DNA from: Negaprion brevirostris
Lineage: Eukaryota
Length of the DNA stretch: 64,000 nucleotides
Assembly: GCA_030324005.1 (NCBI GenBank)
Contig: JARDVH010000099.1
Location: forward strand, 11,875,723 to 11,939,722
Reading direction: 5' to 3'
Below the pieces are notes generated by a model. It made no database searches. It was not told the origin of the DNA and was given only the letters and a program-made list of their open reading frames with translations. Positions 22,746 through 35,660 of the stretch are shown piece by piece (the first letter of the stretch is position 1; every line of letters begins with the position of its first letter). Made by a program: the position numbers and the translations under genes.

Positions 22746-23743
22746 ATCTTTCTAAGCTGAGCCAGGACAGCAGTGCCTGTGGGAACTGTGGCAACCGTGT
22801 GCGTCCCACACAATAATTCAATGTTCAAACAGCTATGCTTTTAGCAAGCATTGGTGGGCACTGACCAAAGAAAGAACCCAATTGTCTCCTCTCTAGCCAA
22901 GTCAACAGGAGAATCAAATTCGTTAACTTAATGTAGAACTGACAAACCAACAAATTTCTGAATGATTTTGTGTTTTCTCACAAGCAAAGGAGTCCTGAGA
23001 TGTTAAGTTTTCTTAACATGAAAGAAATAAGCATTGTTGGTGAGGTTGTGTTCATGATTCAAAGTTGTTACCTTGAATGTTAAGGCTTTATAACAAAGTT
23101 CAAACCACAAGAAAGACTGTTGAGGTCAGAGAATCCTGGCCTCCATGTCTGCAGCAGCAGCATGAACTGAAGCTCATCCAAATCGCCACTGCCCTTAACA
23201 TAATTCACAGCAAAATCCTGGTCACCCAATGGACCTCTCCCAGGATACATGTATCATCAAGGCAATTTGCTGGAAATATTGGGAGAACCACATTTCAGGA
23301 TGCTGACAGTGTGAAATGAGTTTGGACGACTCCATAATTAAACAATCAAAACCCACTTTATTGGACAGACTTTACTGGACAACCTAGATGAGAATACAAG
23401 TAAGTCCTCTATCACCAGCACAAGGGGCTAGAGCTTCACCAGTCAAGGCTGTTCCTAAATTCACCTGACAAAAGAATTAAGCCTTTCTCCTTATATCTTC
23501 CTTGAAATAAACTGACTTGTAATGTTCTTTTCATTGTCACANNNNNNNNNNNNNNNNNNNNNNNNNNNNNNNNNNNNNNNNNNNNNNNNNNNNNNNNNNN
23601 NNNNNNNNNNNNNNNNNNNNNNNNNNNNNNNNNNNNNNNNNAAATAAGCATTGTTGGTGAGGTTGTGATCATGATTCAAAGTTGTTACCTTGAATGTTAA
23701 GGCTTTACAACAAGAAAGACTGTTTTAAAGAAATGTAACTTAC

Positions 23744-23812
23744 ACCGCTGAAGGTAAGAAGCAAGCTTTGAATATGTAGTCATCATCAAACTGAGGATCC
23801 TTGAAAAGTATA
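23744..23812 (-). CDS. xrn2: XRN2 exon 25
   Basis: 69 nt, ILFKDPQFDDDYIFKACFLPSA(V). Confidence 0.96.
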
Positions 23813-23939
23813 CTGCAGTGAAGGAGGAAAAATTGTGTTTTAAGCAGATTGTTTTTATTATACACAAATAATAAACAAAAGCAGACTAATTCTGTGACCA
23901 GAAACAAGTGTAAGTAGAGTTAATAAATTTTGCACTCAC

Positions 23940-23996
23940 CTGCACGCGTTATTCTGAACAATATCTTCCAATCCTGGTATAGGAGAAGGGACTACT
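23940..23996 (-). CDS. xrn2: XRN2 exon 24
   Basis: 57 nt, VVPSPIPGLEDIVQNNAC(S). Confidence 0.93.
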
Positions 23997-24552
23997 CTAA
24001 AAATAAATACATTAAAAAATTCATACAATTGACCAAGGAGTGCCTTGTTATGTCAGTCTGTCTTTTTAAAATTGATTTCTTCTCCTTGCATTCACATTCA
24101 GGGAAAACTGGAGCTGGTGACCTGTCCAATTAATCAGCAGAAGGTGGGTGAACAAATGGATACATTCTTTCTCCTTACCTCCCAATTAGACATTGAGCCA
24201 AACACACACCCAAGGGCAAATATAAAGTTGTTCAAGCAACAGCTAATACTGGACCCCAATATTCTAGTCCAAAATGAAACACTAAATACTCAGGATGCTT
24301 TTAAAATTGAAAAGGCTCTTCATTTTTTGAATCGGATAGATCCTTCTACAAGCTCTCTATCTTGCAGTAAATTAGTCTTGTATGTATTAAGTGAACCTTA
24401 AAAAAACAACTGAAAACAAATTTCTCTTCACCATTTTAAACTCTCATCTGTCAATACANNNNNNNNNNNNNNNNNCAGTAATTGCAGTAAAACCTTGTGT
24501 ATCAATCCACTTCATTACACAAAAACTATGATTGACAAAAATGTGCACTTAC

Positions 24553-24632
24553 TTTCCTGGTTTTATTACATCACTCTGCAACGTTAGAAGACCTTTTATA
24601 CCATGGCAAAGCTCAGGAGTCATCTCTACACC
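24553..24632 (-). CDS. xrn2: XRN2 exon 23
   Basis: 80 nt, GVEMTPELCHGIKGLLTLQSDVIKPG(K). Confidence 0.95.
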
Positions 24633-24717
24633 CTATAACCACAAGTTTCATTTTCTAAGTACAGTTATTTATCAAAAGGCAGCAAGTAGCAATGAAATTA
24701 CACAACTGCATACTTAC

Positions 24718-24812
24718 TTCAGCACCACTATCTTGCAACTCGACGATGAAGTCAAACAACTTGTGATCTTTTCCAACAAACAGCACATCGCTTCCAAGAC
24801 TATTCCTTCGCA
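24718..24812 (-). CDS. xrn2: XRN2 exon 22
   Basis: 95 nt, (M)RRNSLGSDVLFVGKDHKLFDFIVELQDSGAE. Confidence 0.96.
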
Positions 24813-25164
24813 CTACAGTTAAGATATTAAGTTCAGCTTTATCCAACTATTTCCAGCATCTTTTGTTCAGGATTCAATCTTATCATGTGTGTTTGATTAT
24901 AGATATGGTAACTGGAGGCAAGATCCTCAGATAAAGAGGTTTAAAAGCAATACCAAATTTTTTTCATAGAAGTTGCAGCAATTTTCAAAAAAGGTCATCT
25001 TACACCTTATACAAAATACCATACACAAAATCAGACTTGGGTACAGTGATTGTGCCGAACCAAAAAGTGATCCATTATTGGTATTTTGAGAGTTAGTAAT
25101 GCAACTACAAGTAATAAACCTATTGATTACTCGGTCAACTCAATGCAGTTAGCATAACACTTAC

Positions 25165-25248
25165 TTTCATCAGGAGTGAGATCAGGGTAAACCGCTTTCA
25201 GAGCTGCTCTAAGCCGTCGTTCATCAACAAATGGCAGAAGTGCAACAC
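25165..25248 (-). CDS. xrn2: XRN2 exon 21
   Basis: 84 nt, VALLPFVDERRLRAALKAVYPDLTPDE. Confidence 0.98.
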
Positions 25249-27199
25249 CTAAAGACAGATAAACAGTCAATTAATGTCAGAAATAACTAAACCTCAGTCA
25301 TTGACTGTGCTTGCATAAGCAGTTGAATTTCTAGTTTACCTTTCAATCTATAAGCACAGAGACAATCAAAGCTGGATACAAGTGCAGCCACAATTTTGCC
25401 CCTTAGCACCAGGGCTTTTCATGCTGTAGGTACCATTTTGCTTCCAAAATGGCATCTGTATGTGCAGAAGGGCATCTGCCAGAAGCATGTAGAATAGGCA
25501 GATTGTTACATGTTTATACTGCTGATTTGATGTTAGCACTGTAACTTTGGAGCTCAATATTCAAGGCAATGCTGTCTATTAAACAACTAAACACATTCAA
25601 CAGCAGAATGGACAACCCACCAGTGGTATATAGAGGGATCGTTTAGTTACTGAATGATTTATATGCTGCAATTACACAAGTGTGTGGTGGTTTCTAGAGT
25701 TGATTAAAGTTGAAGTCTACAGGTAAATGTTGTGACACAGTCCTGCAGAATGGGTCCTGACTTTAAGGATTTTGGAAATGATTCTTGCACTCAAACATGC
25801 ATGCAGTAGTTGGCATTCTCACTGGCCTACAGCATGACAAGGAAAATAAGTAAAGGTGAGACTGACATGTCCATTTCACTGGGAAGATCATCACTGAAAT
25901 CTGCCAAATTGCAACCACAGAGTAGGCCAAGAATGGCATTGCCAGTGTCTATGCAGGCAGCCACATNNNNNNNNNNTGGGGATATTTGCAACATCTATCT
26001 GTAAGCTGTTCACTGATTCACAAAAAAGGAGATCACTGAGTCTGTATTCCCAGAAAGCTGAATACTGTTCGTTCTCTCTTGCTACAAGTAAACATGCAAC
26101 TCGAGGAGAACTGCAGGCTTCCCTGTGATGGAGGGTGACATTTATTGCACACATATTGCTGTGGTCTTGTCAGTTCTTAAGATATACCATTTCGCCCAGC
26201 TCCTGTGCCATTAGAAAAGAGCGCATCATGCAGGTATCCTTGCAGCAGTCATGGTGCCCCCACCATTGCATTTAAGTCATCTCAATAAATAAGGAACTAG
26301 CTACTTGGCAAAAGAAAGGACATTCCTTGATAGCGTAGCTTAAAATTCTAGGGTGGGCAGAATGCAGAAAACAAAAGCCATACTGCCACAGGAAATGTGA
26401 CAGAACATATCACTGGCATATAAAAACAGTACATCTGTCCAGATCATTTTGCAGGAACACAAATATTTGTCTGTCAGTGTCAAGATTTATGGTAGCAGGC
26501 TAGAACCTCAACATCATGAGGGCACAATGTCTGCCACCAGCTATGATGAAAGCATCTGCAGAAGGGAGGAAGAAACTAACGCAATCCTTTTCTGGTCAAG
26601 ATGTCTGTGAACCACTGATCCAACTGCAAGACTCATATACGCAATCCCATTGCCCATTACTAACAGCTTGCACACCTTTACCGTTTCTCTACTACTGACC
26701 ATCACAGCATCTGCTTGATCAAAAATAAAAACTGCCACAAAATAAATATTCCAATATTGTAAACCAAACAATGCCAGGTTGTATACAAACTACTCACCAC
26801 CGTGCACTCCTTTAATGCCCACCTTTTGCAGCCTTATTCTGGCCTAATGTTCCAATTAGTACTATCCCAATGTTTGCAGGATCTCTGGTGGGAAGACTGA
26901 AGATGACCTTACAGAACGACTCAACAGCTCTGGGTCTACAAGTCCTAGCTTCGACTGCACCACCAGTTCAGCATGGGTGGCAGCGATCAGGGTTGGCAGG
27001 CAAAAGCAAGTGCATTGGTGGAGTGGCAGAGGACAAATCTGTAACTCTGAGAGAGCACAGCAGGTTCATGCTCCAAAATGCCACAGTGACATTCTTTTGG
27101 CAACAGCTCAGCAATCCTAACAATGAGTTGGAGGACAGATTGCTTTGGCACCTTGTATGTGTGTTTGAACACAGGCGTATACAGCTAAGGTGGCAATAG

Positions 27200-27990
27200 G
27201 AACAGAGTGGGCCATTCAGCCCATTCCATCATTCAGTGAGATCATGGCTGATCTGTGGCCTAACTCCACATACCTGCCTTTGGCCCATATCCGTTAATAC
27301 CTTTGCTTAACAAGAAATCTCGGATTTAATGGTAGCAACTGATCTAGCATCAATTGTTGTCTGTGGAAGAGAGTTCCAAACCTCTACCAATCTAAGGCTG
27401 CATGGCAGCATTTTGGGCGTGCATGAATTTAGGGTGAACTTCTACCACCATTCAGACACTAAGGTGGCATATGAAATACTTGTGTTTATTAGCTGAGGGA
27501 AAGAATACAAGAGCAGAAAGGTAATGATGGAGCTGTACAAAACAGCTGGAGTACTATGTGCAGTTCTAGTGCACTCACATCCTTCCTACAGTGTGGCAAC
27601 TAGAAAGGGTGCAGAGGAGATTCCCCAAGATGTTCCCTGTACTGGAGCAACTCAGTTGTGACAGATAGAAAGGTAGGAAAACTTTTCCCCTTTATACATG
27701 AGTCAATAACAAGGGTGCATAAAATTTAAGGGAGCAATAGATTTAGAGGGGATTTGAGGAAAATTTTGTTTAAACAGAGGGTGGTTGGAATCTGGAACTC
27801 CACGCCTGAATGGATGGTAGAGGTGGGAACCCACAAAATATTTAAGAATTTAGGAGAGTATTTAAAAAGCCATAGCTTGCAAGACTACAGACCAAATGCT
27901 GGAAAATGGGATTAGAATGGATAGGTGCTGAACAGCCAGTGCAAACACAATAGGTCTCTTTTTGTGTTGTAAAACTCCAACTCTATGTGG
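27200..27990. mobile_element. two CR1 3' fragments (minus about 27200-27395, plus about 27460-27990)
   Basis: Typical CR1 ORF2 C-terminus (LEYYVQF, RVQRRF, QRVVGIWN) and tails. Confidence 0.7.
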
Positions 27991-28621
27991 CTGCTGTTTG
28001 CACTGAACTGAAGTTGAGACATCAGCCACCGCATTTGGCGCCATGTTTCTTGATGGGTACAAGGTCTCACTTCTACTACTATTCTAGCAATTCCTTTTTG
28101 CATCTTCTTCTAGTTGTTTGACATCCTTTCTTATAATATGGAAACCAGAAATATTCCCTGTATGTCTCCATGCTGCAAAATTCTGTCAAGTCTAAAGATT
28201 ACAAATAAATAAATCTGCACCTAGGAGTTTAATATTTATTTCTGAACTGATGGCTGAATATCTAGATGCAGAAGATAAAAATATTTTAAAATCCAATTAT
28301 GATATCACTGCCAAGTAAGGAGCAGAAACAGAATTAATCCATTTCATTCTTATTCATCTGTCAATAATGACAGCAAAAATCACCCACTCACTGCTGATCC
28401 TGGTTCAGCTCCTGAATCAGAACAGCCAAATTACTTCCAGTAGTAGACACCTTTTCTCAAAAGCTATTTCTGCTTTTAATTTGATCACTGGGTCTTGCAT
28501 ATCTTACTGCTTTCCCTATAAACATCTGCAAAACACAGCTGTCTTCAATCCACATTAAAACCACAATATTCAGGGAAGTACATTAAGATAATAGACTATA
28601 CATTGAAATCCAAAATCCTAC

Positions 28622-28694
28622 CTTGCCATGCATATTTCTTTCCATTTAAATCGAGCGCAAAATCATCAGGATAGAAATCAATGATTGATGAGTC
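28622..28694 (-). CDS. xrn2: XRN2 exon 20
   Basis: 73 nt, [24 protein letters not shown](G). Confidence 0.98.
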
Positions 28695-29827
28695 CTGTTT
28701 AAAAAAAAATAAATGCTTCATCTGCTGCCTGCCCAATCTCAAATTATACAAACATGCTCATCTACTTCTTCCTTCAAGAAGTCATTTCAATCTGGATCAG
28801 TATTTTACGCAGCTTATTACAATCAAATTCACAGCATACTCATTTTTTTGTGAGGAATCATAGTGTATTCTTGTCAATTTTCAGTCCAGTTATCAAGCAA
28901 TTAATAGCAATATGCATTTAAAATGGCTATTTATACCAATCTTTGTTCTCATTAAAAGGCATTAGCATTTACTCCAGAAGGTGTTTTAATTTCCTATGAA
29001 AATCAAATGACCAAAAATTGCAAATGATCATTAAAATTAAAACCAAGTTCCATGTTTTATCAGCAGTTCAATCCAATGCTTGCTAGGATGGGAAAATCTT
29101 AGTTCTAAATACATTATAGATTGCACTCACAGAAGTGTCCCTGAGTCTTGTCAAACAAGACTCTATTAATTGTCCTACAGTTAGGTAATTTTGAGATTAA
29201 GGATGGAATACGACATATAACTAGGAAAGCTAAAACGATACACAACTTTTATTCAGTAAATGGTCTGGGTTTTCTTACAGTTGCTTTCATTATTGTCCAT
29301 TTTAAATTTTACTTCAAGCTCAATTCAACAGCATTTTATGTTTGATGAGATGCATGTTAGTGAAAATGATGGGTTGGTCACATAACTCATCTTAGAAAAG
29401 TACAATAAGCGTACAATTCACTGCAGACTGTTAATTAGATTAAAAGATTACGAGAACATTTACTACACAGAAAGGCCCATCCTGTTTTGCCACCCAGCCT
29501 TGTATCACATTTCCCAGCATTCTCTTAGTAACCCTGGCAGGTAACTTCAGGTGCCCATTTTACTTAGTCAACCTTTTAAATGAGTTGAAAGTTTGTTATG
29601 CGATTTCTATATGGTTTCACTATCACCACAATTGTTTGAGCACATCATATATTTAACCTAAATGTGGAAGGGGAATGAAAATCTTCATTTGGATGGAAAG
29701 ATCAAGTAATGAAAACAAATGCGTTTTAAAGCATTCGCTGTAAGATGACCAAGTTCCATTTTTGCATTGCCAATTGTACAATTTTTAAATCTAGTTGAAA
29801 ATTTGAAGTATTGATTTACATCAGCAT

Positions 29828-30105
29828 CTTACAATCCCTATAGTACAGGAGGAGGCCATTTGGCCCATTCAATATGTACTGACCACAACCCCACTATTCC
29901 TGTAACCGCACACATTTACTCTGCGAATCTCCCGACACTAGGATCAACCTAACTTGCACATCTTTGGACTGTGGAAAAAACAAGGGCACATGGAGGAAAT
30001 CCATGCAGATACCGGGAGAAAGTGCAAACTCAGACAGTGACAGAGGCTGAAATTGAACTTGAGTCACTGGCACTGTGAAGCAGCAGTGCTAACGACTACG
30101 CACCA
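29828..30105 (-). mobile_element. HE1-type SINE
   Basis: Reverse copy of the 14949 family. Confidence 0.8.
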
Positions 30106-30189
30106 TACATGTATGCATTTACATGGGTAGAACATGCAGAATATTCATTTTGAATAGAGATCATGCCAAATTTTAAGAACAAAACCCAC

Positions 30190-30279
30190 CGGATTCACCA
30201 TCAGATCTCGCCAAGTCTTAGGGAGGAAGTTGCCACTTGCTGCAGGAAACACCCCCATCAACTGTTCCAGTGGCTTGAA
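30190..30279 (-). CDS. xrn2: XRN2 exon 19
   Basis: 90 nt, FKPLEQLMGVFPAASGNFLPKTWRDLMVNP. Confidence 0.98.
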
Positions 30280-32356
30280 CTGCAAACAGAGATTCAAATA
30301 TGTTTACATGTAAGCATTCAGAAACAACACATTTCACACCCACATGACAAAATGTTCTGCTTAATCAAAACATTCAACATTTTGTAAAGGAAGAGAACGA
30401 CCAGGGACAAAAGAAAGGTAAACAATGGATAAAAGGAGTAGAGAACAATGTGAGAGAAGGCAAGTAAGTGCTTAAATCTGGCTCAGTTGTGGGAGTTGGA
30501 GATGCAAGGAGTGTGAAAATGATGGCCCAGGAAGTGAAAGGAAGGAAAAACTTAAATTAGGACCAAAGATTTTGTGACGGTTAACTGCAAATGTCTGTTA
30601 TCAAAACCAAACACCCCAAAGAAGCTTATTCACCAAACAATATGTAAATAGGTAATTCATTTGCAATGCAGTTAAATATCTTCAGCCTCATCATTAATAA
30701 CTTGACAGTTCAAACATAAAGGATAGTTCCAGAGTATCCCTCCTTAGAACAGGGTGCTGAAAGTCAAGCTAGCCTGTCGGTGGTGCCCAAGGAGAAGGCA
30801 GCACTCAGGGCAGAGATTAGGGGGAAGCCTAGGTGTGGTCAAAAGGACAGCAGGGGCGGGGATCAATTTTTTAGTGCTATATTAGCATTTAAAAATTCAT
30901 ATTTGTAGGATCCTCAACAATTTCACAGGTACGACTAGGAAGGAGGACTATGTTGAAAGCAAAAACCAGAGTTTAAGAGATGAAAGGAAAATGGCATTTC
31001 ATTTTAAATTTTGCAAAGAGTGGGGAAGGGGGAGAGAAAGAGAGAGAGATGAGGATTCAGATCTCTACAAAAGCAGGCGTTAACGTTTAAAATCGAGCGC
31101 AGAAAAAAATGAAAAATTATTAATCTAACATGAAAGGAAGGCAAGATGGCCCCTTTATTCAGAAAGGGAAGGTTTAGGCTATCCAGTGGTGAGATTGTTG
31201 TACTGTAATCGCACAAAGTTGCAGGGAGAAAATCCACCGTCCCAGTATTTACTGGAGCGGGTATCTCAAAACTAGACAGTTTTTTCTTCCACATCAATCC
31301 CCAATGTTTTTGTGCGGAAATGGTATGGGAGCAACAAACGATCTGAAATGTTGGCGAACAAAGAGACTAAGTACATTTCCTTAATCAATGAGAAATAAAC
31401 AAGGAATGACAAAGAAGGTGAATTATAGTCATGACTGGCAAATGGGAAAATAAAGTGAAGGAAAGAAAGATAGAGAAAAAATACGAAGGAAAACAATTAC
31501 CGATTATAGGAATGCCATACCAATTTAAATTGTTTTCTTTCTGTGTCAGAGAGGTTGAGTGGTAGTACAGGAACGTAAATCTCAATTACAGCCACAAATT
31601 TTTGGGACAACTTCAACTGGAAATTAATGCAATCTTTTGCAACTTGCTATTTTTGAGAGGCCAACAGCAGGATGGTGCAAAGTGACCAACAACATGAGTC
31701 AATTTTAAATTCACATGGTATTTCTTCTGTATCCCAAGTTGCTTGGCAACTTGTATGTTAATAACAGCACATGCATTAAACAAACTTTGACAGCAAATTC
31801 TGGTCAATAATAAGTGACAGTAAAAGAACTTATAATGGGAAAAGTTAACAGCAACACAGGAATTTAACTATATAGTCAGGAAACCTATACAGAGCCATGA
31901 TGTAGCCACATATATAGAATATACCCACAATCGTGTAAGTGCCCCCAGCTACACCCAAGCAGGCTCCTATCAGAGGACTGCATTCCGATTAATGTCTTTA
32001 AAACATAATACAAACCATTATAACTCAGCAACACGTGCAAGTTCCCATATCAACACCACAGCTTACAAGTGCTCAACACAGGAAACACAAGAACCTGAAA
32101 CCCGCATCGAGTTACACATCAGGCATAACGTGATCTAAAAATCACCATTAAACATGCCAATACTAAGAACTCCTTCAAATTAGACATGGGGACCAACATA
32201 AATCTCAAAGATGTTACCCATGGTGATTGCAGTTTGCTAATTTGCAACTCAAGGCTATAAGCTTCTAGGAATCATTTTACTATTTTAGATTATGCTAAGT
32301 CAGCAGAAAGTATACACTTATTGCTGAGATCTGAAAAACTCCAGTCAAAAGCTTAC

Positions 32357-32464
32357 CGGCTTTGTTCCCTTTTCAAATGTGGAAGGCATATCTTTAATGT
32401 CTGTGAAATCAGAAGCGAATGGTGCATAGTGGAATGGGTAAAACCACTTCCATGAAGCACACCC
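32357..32464 (-). CDS. xrn2: XRN2 exon 18
   Basis: 108 nt, [36 protein letters not shown]. Confidence 0.98.
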
Positions 32465-32823
32465 CTGTGAACAGAATTTAGTTTTTAAAATCAAAACTTG
32501 TCAAAGTAGAGAGAACATAGCACTTAATTTTTAACACCTACTGCCGAGGCCCTCAAAGACGGTGGTAGGAGATGGCGGGTGAAGGTGGGGAGAGATGGTG
32601 GGGGTGGGGGGGAAAACAGGTGACAATGCCTGACCTGACCTTGTTTTGTAAAACAAAAATTGTTTCTGATAGGAGTTATATTGTTCCAAAAAAATAGAAA
32701 AACTCAAACTTATTCCCCCACACAATTCCTTTCCTTTAAGTCTTCCCAACAGCTCTCAATTTGAAATGCACCATGCACTCCAATACAACTCCAACAAAAG
32801 AAGTGAACAAAAAGCTTACGTAC

Positions 32824-32959
32824 CTGGTAATAGTACTGAAGAACCCAACACAAACCTTCAACATATGATTCGACAACTTTTCTGCGGAACTTTTCATCAG
32901 AAGCATCAACGTCAAACTTGTTTTTATAGTAACGCTGTTTCCAGCCTTGTTCCCAAAGC
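32824..32959 (-). CDS. xrn2: XRN2 exon 17
   Basis: 136 nt, [45 protein letters not shown]. Confidence 0.98.
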
Positions 32960-33364
32960 CTGTATCATAAAAACAAGATATGGTACTGTGAAGAAAAAAA
33001 AAATCACACCAATCTTGCAGTACAGCAACTCAGGTGAAAGGCTTCAAGAACCTATCTGGCTGTGACTCAGTTTCCCTTATTCTTTTAATGCAGTTTATCC
33101 TCAATGAGTTAAGGCTGTAGGTATCGAGCTGCATCCTTTAGCAATCCAGCCTCTGAACTCGAGGCAACTCGATCCTACAGTACTTTTACTAATTTCTTAT
33201 TCACTGACCTGTCTTGAGACAATTGCTGGGTATGGAGTTAAAAGCACCCCAATTAACACAATCACCAGTAAGTCACAAGCAGAACATGAAGAGCTAGCAT
33301 CAACAAGTCTATATACTTGAAAACTTCCTACTCTTGTAGCTGTCGAGAGGAATGAACTTTACGA

Positions 33365-33590
33365 TAAGTCCATAAGCTATAGGAGCAGAATTAGGCCATT
33401 CGGCCCATCAAGTCTGCTCTGCCAGTCAATCATGGCTGATATGATTCTCATCCACACTCTCCTGCCTTCTCCCCATAACCCTTGATCCCCTTATTGATCA
33501 AGGATCTATCTATTCCTGTCTTAAAAACACTCAATGACCTGGCTTCTCATCTCAGTTTTAAAAGAACATCCCATCACTGAGGGCAATCTC
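33365..33590 (-). mobile_element. CR1 3' tail
   Basis: cataagctataggagcagaattaggccattcggcccatcaagtctgct. Confidence 0.75.
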
Positions 33591-33934
33591 TCCAGAACAA
33601 CTGAATTTTAAACCAAATTCGAGATTTCAAAATGTCACAGCATCACAGTATGCACAGGCAGACACTTATTCCACACAACTTGTAATATGCAAAAGCTCTT
33701 GAATGTTGAATGCAGCCAGAGCATTAAAGCATTAAAACCAGTCAAGGTTTTAGAGGTGATATTCATGAACACTAAAGTATCGGCAGCATCAGAAACCCTC
33801 ACCGTCAGGTCAGAGACCATGTAGTGTTGTTAATAAAGTGGGTGTCCACACATACAATGTAAATATACTTAAAACCGGTCAAGATTTTAAGAGGTAAAAT
33901 TCATGAATGGCCTTTGAGCATTGGCAACATCAGC

Positions 33935-34192
33935 CCTGGTTCAGGAGATAGGCTTCTCACTTGAATCAGAAGACTGTGGGATCAAATCTCACTCCAGAAC
34001 ACAAAAATCATGGCTTACATTCCAGCCGAGTACTGGGAGAGTGCTGCACTGTATTTTCAGAAGTGACGTTAAACCTGGGCCTCCTCTGTTCACAGGCAAC
34101 AGTAAAAGATCCCATGGCAGTATTTCAAACAGCACCAAGGAAATTCCTGTTGGTACCATGGCTAGGTGCCACATAAATGCAAGTCCTTTTTC
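33935..34192 (+). mobile_element. DeuSINE (SacSINE1-like)
   Basis: tRNA-like head gaatcagaagactgtgggatcaaatctcactccag, core gtactgggagagtgctgcactg..aaagatcccatggca, tail ataaatgcaagtc. Confidence 0.7.
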
Positions 34193-35297
34193 TGTACTCT
34201 CCTTATATGATTGAACATTTGTAGCTGTCTTAAAGTTAAAAAAGTTTATTTATTAGTCACAAGTAGGCTTACATTAACACTGCAATGAAGTTACTGTGAA
34301 AATCGCCTAGTCTTGATATTGTCTTGCGGCATCAAATCACGCCCAGAATTATCTGGAATACAGAACCTATGAAAGGTCACCCCTTGACTGGTATTGGTCG
34401 GAATTTCCATCAATTTAGAGAAACCTCAGACAGTTCGGCTCCTTCAAGAGGTGCAATTTGAGCATTGTACAGTGGAGGGATCAGAAATTGGGGTGGAATC
34501 ACATATCAGGTCCCCTGTTCTTGGTCACTGCCAGATTAAGTTGCAAAGCCAGGGGTAGTAGGGGGAAGCAGAAGTACTGCCCGCCTCCCTCCATCCACAA
34601 AGTCTCATTCATGCGGTCGGCAATACATTCACCAACAAGAAGCAGAGGCTTCTGTAGACCATATTAAGAAAGTTCCGATTTGCAGTCAGGGTCAAAATGC
34701 CACGAGAAAAAGCATATGAAAGAGAAGTACCCAAAGTGGAGAATCCACAATCACACTTGCCCTGCCATACCTCTGGCAGAACAGCAAGAAACATCTCAGA
34801 AACCCTTCCTGTCAGGTAGGAGGCCATACAGTGCTGCTAATAAAGTGGGTGTCCACACCTATTATGCAAATATAATTAATCCCAGGATTTGTGCCAGTTC
34901 TGGCAGCTCAAAAGCTCTTGAAGGATATTATAGCAATTCTCAGAAAACACTCTGAGGAGCCAATCACTGATCTAAACACTGGCATGAAAGAAAGCCAGTC
35001 ACTAGAAACAGCACTTTATACACACTCCAAACACTTACTTCAGGTTGAACTGGTGATCTTTGCATTGACAATGTACTCAGTGGTTCGATTTGGTTTTGTG
35101 TTCTCCCCCCCCCACCGCTGTGCTAAAATAAGCATGCTCAAAGTCTACAACTGCTACTGTGGCAGAATATCAGTGACTTGAACATCTTCTTCAGGAGAGA
35201 GGGAGAACACACAACAATAACAGAAGGCAGGTCAGTCAACGTGAGAAGAGAATGTGAGAAATAGAAAAATTAATAAAGGAGACAGAGAAAGAGCATG

Positions 35298-35660
35298 GAC
35301 TTGCAATTATTTGTATCTTTCACACCCCCAGGAAGTCCCAAGAGTTGACATTAATCATACAGGAAAATGCATTAGCCAATATGCATGATAATCAAACAGA
35401 TGGCGCATATAATCTATTTTTGATGGTGCTGATTCAGGGATATTTGCAAAGCTAGACAAAAGCAAAACACAGCTACTCGAATTGCATCATGGCATATTTT
35501 TCAAACCAATTTAAACAGGTGCTAATTTAGGTGACTCATTTGACAGAGTGCATATTCTCTACTGCACTGAACTGTCAGCCTAGATTACGTGTCCCAGTCT
35601 ACATTGAGGCTTGAGTTCACAACCTTCTGACTCAGAAGCAGGTTAGATACTGGTGAACCA
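35298..35660 (-). mobile_element. DeuSINE (SacSINE1-like), old
   Basis: Reverse head ttgagttcacaaccttctgactcagaag and tail gacttgcaattattt. Confidence 0.6.

Noticed and set aside
26850-27190. Possible RTE-like LINE remnant (similarly a Penelope-like RT remnant at about 63550-63800 and a possible DNA-transposon remnant at about 31000-31600)
   Set aside because: Too degenerate to classify with confidence by eye.
32815-32823. Tandem donors 4 nt apart (exon 17 GTACGTAAG; also exons 14 and 22)
   Set aside because: This is a common by-product of the donor consensus; only the proximal GT keeps the frame.
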